Part shown: piece by piece, positions 48,301 through 59,000 of the stretch
Numbering within the stretch: the first letter of the stretch is position 1
Layout: each line of letters starts with the position of its first letter
Source: Phoronis australis
Taxonomy: Eukaryota; Animalia; Phoronida
Direction of reading: 5' to 3'
DNA length: 64,000 nt
Assembly (NCBI GenBank): GCA_002633005.1
Contig: NMRA01000734.1
Coordinates: 62,001-126,000, forward strand
Program-made: the position numbers and the translations under genes
Notes under the pieces: model-generated
Told to the model about the DNA's origin: nothing
What the model saw: the letters and a program-made list of their open reading frames with translations, nothing else
The model's database searches: none

Positions 48301-50514
48301 GCCTCACATATGGTAATAATGCATGAAAGTTACCTTGTCATTTGACACTCTAGCCAAAACGTCTCTCAAGTGCTTAAAAAATCCTTCCATACGATCGGAA
48401 TGACAAAGTTGGTCTACGTTATCCAGAAAAAATATGGTCTCTAAAAATAAAATAAGACAAATCTTTGAGTACGATAAAACATATTCGAACAACAATTTCA
48501 AATTTACTGTACATACTGAAAGATAATTAAAGAACTTATCGAGAGCACTACATACCGTATATGCAAGTGTTCAGGCCCACAAACCTGTTTGTGAATCTGT
48601 GCCTATTTTCAAATTGAAACATCTATCTGTGAGCAAACATTTGAACAAAACCAAAACAGCAAAATATTCAAGATGAAGTCTCAAAAATGCTGTTACAGTT
48701 TTCTAAATTTTTGTTTTATGCAACTTTGAATTTGGGGCAGATTCTTTTAAATAGTTAGAAAATTAAAACCAGTACAAAACCCAATTGCTAGTGTGCAAAG
48801 AATCGTTCTACTTTGGTGCAGAAAAGTGTACCGTACCGCTTTCGATCAACTTCAGCTGATGAATCACTGCAGCTTTGAGGTCATTTGTTGACAACATTTC
48901 ACAGGGCAGAACGTCCATCACACTCAGAATTTCGTTGAACATAGTATCAACGGATGTGGCTCCTCTGCTCAAGAAACAATACACTATATAAATATGTATT
49001 ATGGCAACAAATTTTCTATAAGACAGGTTTTGTTAAGCACATTTCCATTTGCACTTTAAAATAGCCGCAGTGGACAGTCTCCCCACTATTGGCGGCAACC
49101 AGATCTTTAGCACAAGTTGTACCGTGCAATGTAGCCATTCTGTGGGTGATCTATCTCCTTTGTGTCTCTTTCATCACGTGATCACCGTGTAAAGGATCGT
49201 CCATGATGCTCTTTCGAGGGAGACGATTTACCGGACCATTTCACTGCACCGACACCTGGTGCTAGGTCCGATTGCCGCCAAGTGGAGACAAGACTGCGGC
49301 CTGGACAGTTTTGCAAGCAAAGTTTTCAAAAAAAAATTAGAATGTGCTACTTTCACAATTTTTATGAAGCATATCTGAATAGCCTTTACGAATACTCAGA
49401 ATAACAAAATACAAATCTGCAGTTGCATTTCAGCATTCAAAAATCCACAGCTTTTATCTTTTTTAAAAGGAATCGCACAAGGACTTTTAAAAAAGTCCTT
49501 TTGCGATTCCTTGACCCCAGGTCGTACGTAAATTAACAGCAGGCTCCAGAGCAAAATGTCACAAGTCTAGATACTGATATAACTTTCTGTAAGCACATAA
49601 ATTAAAATGAAACATATCCCACACAATTATTGTTGCCATGTCAAATGCTTGTAGAGAACGAATGAAATCCAATTAACACTTACCGCAAACATATTTTATA
49701 CACACCAAAATGGCACTTCCAACTCATCCGATAACAAACCTTGTGGGCCAACGCAGTCTTGCCCACGCCTCTCATACCTGTGACACTGACAGCTGAAATT
49801 ATGAAAAAAAAAACATATGAGGAGTAGGTGTTTACAACTTACGTTTGTGGATATTTTTAGCAGTTAGGGTCATCCAGAAATGATTCGAGAACTGTTCAGC
49901 AAGGAAAAGTGAACTTCCAATGGTGCTCGATGACTGAGAACAAAGAGTAGTGTTTGCTTTCATGGCTTTCTTGAGTGTTCAGAATAGTACCTCGAGTTTC
50001 AATATTGCTGACATGGTCATTACATCATTTTCACAATATCCAATTAATCATTACCTCTAACTTTTGCTGTCTGGAGCAATTCCATAACACTGACAACCTC
50101 TTTTTCTCTTCCAATGAAGAAATCCTGATCTTTCAAGCCTGTCCTGTCTTCATGTTTCTGGCGATCTTTCACATAATTACAAAGAATCTCGTCTATTGGT
50201 TTGCCCTGATGTTTTCCATGACTCATATAAAGACCCATTTTGCTGAATGCATTGATAGAGAGATCAACTGCCTTGGTCTCACCCATTTTATCAATGAGGG
50301 TATCGAATACTTTAATAAATGCAGTGTCACCATCATCGCCACCAAGCTCCACTTGCAGACGGTGGTGGTCTGCCGCTCCAAGCTGTTTTTCAACAAGTCC
50401 TAGGAACCTCACGCGTTGATCGGAGTGCAGCTCTCCCTGAATGTCATCAATAATGTCCCTCAGGGGGTCAACCTGAGTAGGATGGGTGCCCACTGGACTT
50501 GAGAATGACGCCAT
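42216..50514 (-). CDS. STAND/NLR-like protein B, paralogue of gene A, about 988 aa, 9 coding exons
   Basis: Exons 50514-50055, 49792-49684, 48964-48837, 48440-48334, 47903-47721, 47298-45753, 45557-45352, 44099-44000, 42343-42216 (2967 nt, in frame). FFIGREKEV, Walker A GMRGVGKTALA, Walker B IFFLDNVD, KFLFTST, LSLFQSVFD, TPRs. Confidence 0.88.
43512..43726. mobile_element. Small AT-rich MITE
   Basis: Imperfect TIR GGTCC(CG/T)TTCCAAGAAA / TTTCTTGGAAAGGACC; AGACTT flanks both sides. Confidence 0.55.
44000..44099 (-). CDS. Gene B exon 8 (Ser-rich)
   Basis: tttccttttcag acceptor; NMENGSPIAGTDSEHSRSSSSSPD. Confidence 0.72.
45352..45557 (-). CDS. Gene B exon 7
   Basis: 206 nt, same size as paralogue exon. 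Confidence 0.85.
45753..47298 (-). CDS. Gene B exon 6: HD1/WHD and TPR repeats
   Basis: Lies within the 539-aa ORF; collinear with gene A exon 6. Confidence 0.92.
47721..47903 (-). CDS. Gene B exon 5
   Basis: 183 nt, VKFLFTSTNTVQY...IRSHFSGTLQELEL. Confidence 0.88.
48334..48440 (-). CDS. Gene B exon 4: Walker B
   Basis: 107 nt, ETIFFLDNVDQLCHSDR. Confidence 0.88.
48837..48964 (-). CDS. Gene B exon 3
   Basis: 128 nt, GATSVDTMFNEILSVMDVLPCEMLSTNDLKAAV. Confidence 0.85.
49067..49300. mobile_element. MITE-like element with imperfect inverted ends
   Basis: gccgcagt..tctccccact..tggcggcaa / ttgccgccaagtggaga..actgcggc. Confidence 0.45.
49684..49792 (-). CDS. Gene B exon 2: Walker A (GMRGVGKT)
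   Basis: 109 nt; tttcag acceptor and gtaagt donor. Confidence 0.9.
50055..50514 (-). CDS. Gene B exon 1: death-fold-like domain
   Basis: MASFSSPVGTHPTQVDPLRDIIDDIQGEL..., strongly similar to gene A exon 1; donor gtaatg. Confidence 0.88.
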
Positions 50515-52503
50515 TTATAAACGATGTAGAAATTCAGCTGCTGATAGCTGCAGCTTCACTTAAATAGCTGTTTCCCGGTACGCACGTTGCCCGTAGCTGT
50601 GTCACTCCCCTACCTGGAAGCAATATATTTGTTGCATTCGGACTCTTATTTTGGCTGTTAATCAATCCTTCGCAGGGTTGTGTACCAGTATTTGGAAATC
50701 GGTAGGATACCTACTCAGACAGTGCCAATTCGATAGCAATTTCGACACTCATACTGTTATTGATTACAAAGCTAGCAAAATGAACCCCGAATATATTTGG
50801 GTTTTTTAACCACACGGGAAGCTCGACCATGCATTATGACGCGGTGTGGTGTTGGGGGAATTAGAAAAGTCACCGTTTTAGAGAGTAGGCAAGATGAAAA
50901 CCTACCATTTTAAAGAGTAAGCATGATTAAAAGAGGTCGATTTGTTTGAGCCCGTGTACAGCGCGTCTAGAGAGTGAAATCTGTTGTAAAATGGAGACTT
51001 GGTTTGTCTTGTGAGTACTACATGTAGTAAAAACAACAACGATTTGAACCGGCTTGATCTGTTTCGGCATTTATTGAAACACCATCATCAGAAGAAAAAA
51101 AATACAGTGGCCACCTTGCTAGGCCCAACGACAAGTACTGGACGACACAGACACAGTCAGTTACAGGGAGTAACTATACTAACAATGACAACCTGTAGTA
51201 CCAGTCCAAAAGGCGAACCCTTATGAAAAAAAACGCACTTTTTGTAGGAATCTAGGCATGAAAAAGTCACACAGGCATGCGTTCCGTACAGGCGAGATTT
51301 CGCCGTGTATTAACGGTGAAGCACATGATCACATTAAATTTCCTCAGAGAGGTTGTTTGCCCAGTTGCGTGAAGCGGTCCCAAATAGGGACTCACCTAAG
51401 CACCTTAAATATTTTGTGTATTTGTTTCGTTCTTAACTCACAACGGAAATAAATAGGGACTTAGTCCATACATTAGGGGTCGCTGAATGAAAAAATCCTT
51501 ACTTATTTTCACTGATATTAAGAATTCAACGCCAACGTAAAGTTCACTTTCAATTTGTGCCAAAGGAAAACACTGACTCAAAGAATAAAACTAAAACAGC
51601 GTAAAAAAGGATAATCACTGTTTTCAGAAGTTCACAAACACGCAGTAGATTTAGGGAATTTGGTTAAGTCCCTGTTTGTGACTGTTTCACGCAATCGGCA
51701 CCTTGCGCCTACGAAACCCTACCCAGGAGTAGTGAGCGGCACGTTCCGTATACCTGCCACTGCAATTACCTTCCCAGTGTAAGTGGGCCCGGGTTTTAAC
51801 TTAAGGCGATTCGTTGGAGTGTAACATTTACCGAAAAAAAATTTATTTTCAAGATTTGAATGTCTGTCAGTTTTGGCCTCGAAACTATCAAATGATACTG
51901 AACCCGAATTTCGGCTTTTAACAGGATACTAAACCCCATTGTAGCATATTAACAGACACTAACAACAACACATCCAGCACTCCAAAATAAAACAATGCTT
52001 TGTAAAACTCATCAACACTTAAAAGTTTGGAGCAAATGTTGCAAACTCCTTGCAAAACGGGCAAGCGTGGCCTACACTTTAGGCAAGTTGCAGACAAACG
52101 AAAGGGAAAGACCGCGCATCAAGAACCATAATATTCAATTTGTGACAGTGAGTATACGTTAGTAGTTGAATCCAGCTTCTATCACTCAACGAGACGCTAG
52201 TGGTGCATTATCAGGGGAATATCAAGGATCGGTTGAAATCAGAAAAACAAGGTTTAGTATTCTTTTAACGGTTATCAATTCCGACTTAAGACGTACAAGC
52301 TATAAACCTGCCCTCCATCACAAAAAAACCTTCGACACTTACCAACCGTTATGAAAATGGTTTCATATTGTTCTTTAACCAAATTCAGAGTTGACATCCG
52401 AAAAAAACAGACAGATGGTTATTGTTTGAGACCAGGGTCTATTTAGGGTTGGTTTGTCACGGCGTAATATTTTAATTGTACCCCGAACATATTCTTAAGA
52501 AGA

Positions 52504-52742
52504 GGAAGAACTGTGGGCTAGTGTCATAGGTGTCCGCTTTCTTTACTCAAGGTCGCGGGTTCGAGTCCCACTGGGTCATCCTGCTAAACCCTCGAGTCAG
52601 GTCTCTAGCTCCTCAGCTCGGTTTTAACTACATATTACTAAAGCCTAAAATAGTTTCAGGTGATCAGTGCAATGGGCCCACATGCGCGGCCTGCGCACGT
52701 CTGGTACAACATGTATCAGACCGCCTGCAATTATTTTTATAT
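52504..52742 (+). mobile_element. tRNA-derived SINE, copy 1
   Basis: A-box-like TGGGCTAGTGT, B-box GGTTCGAGTCC, AT-rich tail; close second copy at 61089. Confidence 0.8.
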
Positions 52743-55700
52743 AGTCTTAAGAAATGACGAATTGCCAGTTCTTTGCAAACCTGGAAATCGCCTCTCATAT
52801 GATCGACACGCGGAATATAGTGGGACATTACTTCATCAATGGCACCCGAGGTACGTTTTGTGTATTGGCTCCCTCTCATGCAAAAGAGGAACATTTCCCA
52901 ATAGCGTGTTTGAGAAGACTCCATAAAGCAGTACCTGGAAGTTGATATTCATCCGATCAGCCACTTCTGAGACATGATGTTTCGCCAAATTTGAAAATTT
53001 GTCTGGGATCCTGCATAACCTGCGTTAAGAGACGACAATTGGGGCGACGGTATCAATACAACAGTTTTCCTTCGTACGATCGTTTAAATATACTATCACA
53101 ATCGGGTCAGCCAAGCAAAAAACAACAAACAAGTAGCTACACGAGATGTTAATCGACTATAAAGCAAACATTTCATGCCTCGTTATATTGATCAAGAGGA
53201 TTTTGTAAAGGCCTAAACAAACTGTGCCCAAAAGAACACCGCCGTACCTTCAAGTTTAGCATTGAACGTTTTGGATAAGCTTCGTAGAAACGTCTATAGG
53301 TTACCGTCTGAAAAATGCACATTTTCCTCAGTGCTTTAGTACCGCTTTGTGCCAAGATAAATAGAAACCCAAGAAAAACAAATCTAATAATGGTCAACAA
53401 AATTCAAAAAGATCAAATGCAGGCACACACTGGTAAAGTATGCAACGGGCTTTCGGAAACACAGGTCTACATTTCATTGCAGCCAACTCCAAATACCGGT
53501 TTGGTTGCCATCTCGTTTCAACAATAAAATGGCCCCCAAGTACTCGAACAATAACTATTATCCCCTGGTCTCAAGCTGCAGGTACACCCAACTAGTCTCC
53601 CTAGCAATGGAACCTATTCTGGGGCCTATCACAAAGCGTTATTTGACGGTTTCATCAGTGTGTACCAGCGATTACCGTTATTAAGCCCAATCGAATATAC
53701 GCCCAATGGGTGTAAACAACATTTTCCGGAAAACATTCTCAAGGCGTATATTTGGGAAAACGCGCATGACAGAACCATAAAAATTTCTCGGGCAACCGAC
53801 CAGTTGCCAGTACCGTCTTTTACCAAAGGCGACACCAAATGCCACCAGGCCACAACCAAGCTGGAAAGACTAAATATCTCAGCGCCCGAGACTAACGACA
53901 CCGACTACAAAGCCGACAAGTACACATACAGTAATTAAAACCACCAGAGGGGGGCACTTGGGATTACAAAATAACCATGCCGGCAGCATGTTCCCACTAC
54001 TGGCCGTGCCGTCCCTACAACCCGCCATGCCCACGTCCCTGAACCCGCCCTGACATTCCTACAACCCGCCCTGCGGGTATGGAAAACTATGTGGTTTGCA
54101 AATTGAAAGAGGCGCGGATGGCAGGTTAAGAGCATGTCAGATTTCGTTTTACTACAGAACTCCAATTAGAAATGACGATTTCTCAGCTTCCCCAAACTAG
54201 TCAAGCCGTAACGGAATCGGGCGTTTTTTGCATTAAACCAAAACTAAACGACGTACGCTAGAGGGCAGCACGAACGATATTACAGGTAAATATCATCGTC
54301 AGGTACAATAGTCAAACAGAGCAGAACGGAATGCTATATACCCAAGGATGACACTAACACAAAGAACGCGACCAAACAATGCTTTGGAAGAGCAAGAACG
54401 CTTGAGTAGACATCAAATTTTCAGTGATACCAGGGTAACTATGATACAGCCTTAGCCATGTTCAACTTTACAGTCGTATATATGGCTCTTCCAAAAACTT
54501 CCGCATCGCGTGGTTATAATTACCCCGCCGGGGCAGCCCTAATGAACGGCCTGCCTTGACAAACGAAACAAATCCGCCGTGATAAGTGGCTTGCGCAACC
54601 GTGACGACCTCGGCTCTTATTTGGCCCTAGAAATCATTTCTAATCTAGGATCAATCAAGATGAAACAATTTCATAACCAATAAGGGCCCTAAATCAGAAA
54701 TTGGTTATTCAGTGACGTAACAGTAAAGCGATGGGTTTGTTGCCCCTTCACGGTAAAAATTACGCTACCATCCACCGTGGTCACACAGCATCATGGCGCG
54801 AGTCCTGGCTCTTGTCCTTTGTGCTGAGTTCAAGGCACGATCAGTTGCCTATTATTCTTGAAACTTGCACATAGTGACAGGCGAACTATGCAGTTGCAGA
54901 CAATTAAGTCATATGCAATACACAGGGGCACTTAATATTTTTCCGACATTTTTAAACTGATAAACCTCGTATTTATTACACACTTACTCATTCGACCGTC
55001 ATATTGATCATAAAAAAGGTGATATCTCAGTGAAGTTCACTGGCAGACAACTACTCAGTGAGGTCAGCAGAATTGCACAACTAAAACCGTATTGATTTCA
55101 ATGAGTATGTATGTCGCATTCACATGCCATGATGAAAAACACAAACAAAATAAAATGTTTCTAAGAAACTCGACACGTAACGGTTGCTTGGACATCAAGT
55201 AGTTAGAAGGAATACGTTCACACTAAGGTTTTTACCGTGACATATTTTAGATATACGCACGCACATGCATACACTGACCGTGACACATATGCACGCGCAA
55301 CGGAGGAGTGTTACTTTTTACCACCCCAGCTGGTGTGGTCGCCTGGGTTTCGAGACTAGTAGCAACTATACTTGTAGGCCTACCCTTAACAGAGCGTGCG
55401 AAGTACATGTTGTCAGGTTAAATAGATTGGTCCATTTAGTTGGTTGGTCTACTCAGTAGCTCGGGGGGCCACGGCCCCATTTGGCGATCAAGTGGGCAAA
55501 AAAGGTCCTCATCAGAGAAACAAAAAGTCCGAGAAAACGAGACAAAAGGCGCGAATGCACAATTCAAAGGTCTCAACTTAGTACCTGTTTTTCTTTTTTT
55601 AGTCCCCGTTGGCATTTTTTCAGCCAGTAAAAGTAAAAGGTCAATGACAAACCGAAAAATTCGAGTCCCCCTATATTTTAGGCTGGGTGCTCGCATGGCT

Positions 55701-56064
55701 AGTAATACTCAAAATTGCTACTAAATTACTGTCCTCAATTATAGCCTTGATGCACTAATGGGTGCTATCAAACCTGCTTCAACTTGAAGCCGTACTATAA
55801 AAGTTTTGTTTTTGGACGTGACTTTTAATTCTGCAGTGAGAATAACCCTCCTCAGACATACCATGATTGACCTCGAAAGTATCACTTCAACAATCTTTAT
55901 CCAGCATTTCCAAAGGTGGGCGCTGACAACTTCGATGAAGACATATGCATACCACGCGCCAAAAAATATCCGCGATGAAACGGCACTTGACCTGACAACA
56001 AGCCGCCTGTACTGAAAGTAGGCTAAAGGTCGACGAAGTTCAACTCTGCATACGGGCCTTTGCA

Positions 56065-59000
56065 ATGGCTGCGTCCTCTGAAAAAAATAAAACTGAGTTG
56101 GCAATAAGGAAATATAGAAAGAAGCTGCGACAAATCGAAAACTTAGAATGTTTAGATAGAGAACTTACAACAGATGAACGTGATAAGGTATTTTCACTAT
56201 TCTGTTTTATTTCGTAGATTTGTCCGACTGCATTTAGAGTTACTTGTGTGACAGCCGCATTTGCCTGGCTGTGGTGGCCTGGGGCTGGGGATGGTGCCCG
56301 GCTAATGCCAATGGCATTGGCAATGCCAGTGGTAAACTAGTTCACGCCACTGGCCATCGTCTCAACTAGCAGTAGAGATGGTGGGAATCCCATAGGTCCT
56401 TGATATTGTAGTAATAGCCGAGATTACCCGACCTGGGAATCCAACCACCGACTCCCATAAAATCGGCGAGCGTGCTAACCATGCATTCAGCTAATACTGC
56501 TAATAGGCAATTGCCCGTTAGCGAGTAGCTTACAGAGGCTCTTATGATTCACCGGAAGCACATCTACAATATGCTTGAAGCTTCTTGGTGAATTATGTCT
56601 CACACCGATTAATTCAAAGTCAGATTGCTATAAGTACATTTACGCCAGAGAGAGACACTCAGCTTGATCTTCCATCTCGAACTTTCATTTACCTTGTCCT
56701 TTACGACCGTTCAAAAGAAATGTAATCTGACGATTGTCATTTGCTAACAAAATCAATCTTGATATTCTTTACTGCCATAGCTAAAAAACAATGACACCGT
56801 CAGCGTCTTAAGGAAACGCTTGAAACTTTATTTGGTTTGACCTACACTGAAATTGTCAATTGGAAAATGAACACATGAACAGATTGCCTATGACTTGAAA
56901 TAGAAACGGAAGTAGAATCATAGACCAATTTTATGAAAGTGAAAGTCCCAATTCAATTTTTATGCTGTAACAACCTGGACAGGACGCGAAATCAGCTGCT
57001 TCAAACTACGAAAGGTTGTGTCGTTTGCTGTTTGAGTTTTTCACTTACACTGTGCTTTCTCTGTTTCTAGATTTCCAAAAAGTCTACTTTAAGAGCTGAA
57101 TTACGCTGCCTTCTAGCAGAATATGGCTTAACAAATGATGCCAGTGTGCATTCTGTTTCTGATGACAGTTACACAACTGCTTACACTGATGTGAGCACCA
57201 CTGGTGGCGATGACACCAGGTGTCACTTTAGGGAGCAACAGGAAGCAAATGAGCCGTCTGGCAACGGTGAGAGCATAGACAATGAGGAGCTTGCTCTCTC
57301 AGGTAAATGCATGTATGTGTACGTTGGTTGCACAGCTTAATTTTGTAGAAGCACGAATATGACGTTCAGTGAAAGAATGATTGGTACCGCTTGGAGTGGA
57401 AATGGGAATATTGCTTGGGTTGGAAAGGAGAATACCGCTTGAGGTATGAAATAGGACTACTGCTTGAGGTGGAAATAGGAGTACCATTTGGGGTGGGAAA
57501 TGGGAATATTGCTTGGACCAATTCTGGGTCTGCTCCTGATGGCTTTGAGAAAAGCTTACTGGCATTTTATAAAAATCTATACATGTGTTTCAGTGTTTCA
57601 GTCCAGTGGTGAAGAAGGGTGTGCAGACCTTCAATCTCCATATGTGGACGATAACTTGGCTGGTGGAGATAAAGAGAATACAGGGAGTGAAGAGCTGTCT
57701 CCATCAAAGCGGTATGTTGAAATTTTGTAGGAGGTGGCATATATAATTCTCTGCCCCGTATTTGAATGCACCGGGTAAATATATGTATGCCATGATAAAT
57801 ATTGGCATGTGAATTCTTGTCATATGCCTGATGTACCTATTCGTGTACTCCCAATTAGAAAGCAGATTTGCCTTTTTATCGTTTAATGCCTTCATTCCAA
57901 TGTTCTGTGGTTAGGCTATATTTGCCTATGGTGATCACCTGTGTTAAGCAGAATATTAACATTATTTTGCTCTCAACTCTTGTGGTAATTACTTTTAAGG
58001 TGATAAACATGATGCTTTGTGATCACATTCATTTTTACCATGGAAATACTTCATCTAGGGCATCTGGATGTAAAGGAATAAAAATGAAAGTCCATCTCTT
58101 CTGAAAGAGCTGGCTTCTCCTTGAATACTTGGGCACTTCATTTTGTAAGCAGGCACTCTCTCACTATCTGTTGAAACCAGTTGCTGTCTGCTTTCTGAAT
58201 TCCTTAGGGTTGAGCCATCAGATGAAAAACAACCTGCAGATGTCCCCGTTAAAAAGAAAAAAGTCGAGCAAACAAGGAAAAGTAAGTATCCTTTCACGCC
58301 ACAAGCCCTTGAAGGCCCGCATAAATGTAATTTGGTTCCCCACTGACAATCACTGCTTCAGAGGTTGCTGATGTTTTGCAACGTTTGTTGCAATAGTAGT
58401 GTTTTTGTCAGATATTAAGCAGAGTGTAACATGAAGTTATTGCGCCTAGCTGATAATTACATATGTATGAACTGACCAAATTTCTGGCCTAAGTTTTAAA
58501 TCATTTTCGTGAAACAGGCTGCAGCAGTCATTACTGAAGTCTTGTGAATATTCACTATTACAGTTCCCAGTCATTACTGAAGTCTTGTGTTTATTCACTA
58601 TCACAGTTACCAGTCATTACTGAAGTCCAGTGTTTATTCACTATCACAGTTACCAGTTACCAATTATATCTAGCTATTCCTTCTCAGCAAGACTACGGAG
58701 TCTCAGTACAGTTAGTCTGAGTTTTTAATTCAGTGGTTCACAAGTGAGATGTTTCTTAGACAGCCGATATATTTAATCTGGCGTGCCTTTAAGTGAGTTC
58801 ATTGTTACTTCAGAGCACAGTGAGACAGATGCAGAGAGACTGGCTCGTGAGAAAAGGAAGGTGTGGAGAACCAAGACATTTCAGAAAACTTACCTGGATG
58901 GCCATAATGACCTTATATGTTGTGTAGCAACAGATGGAAAGATGGCTGTGTCGGGAAGGTAGATTTTGGATTCTTAGATGTTGCCTGTGTTTTTGATATG

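Noticed and set aside
12521-50514. Bacterial Avs-type defence operon or contaminant
   Set aside because: Both genes have 8-9 spliceosomal introns at shared positions and are embedded among eukaryotic repeats; an ancient horizontal origin cannot be judged without a phylogeny.
52504-52580. Functional tRNA gene
   Set aside because: No convincing acceptor stem, and similarity to the second copy extends about 160 bp beyond the tRNA-like head, as expected for a SINE.
58129-58207. Upstream acceptor for WD40 exon 4
   Set aside because: Gives an in-frame TGA after six codons; the acceptor at 58207 keeps the frame.
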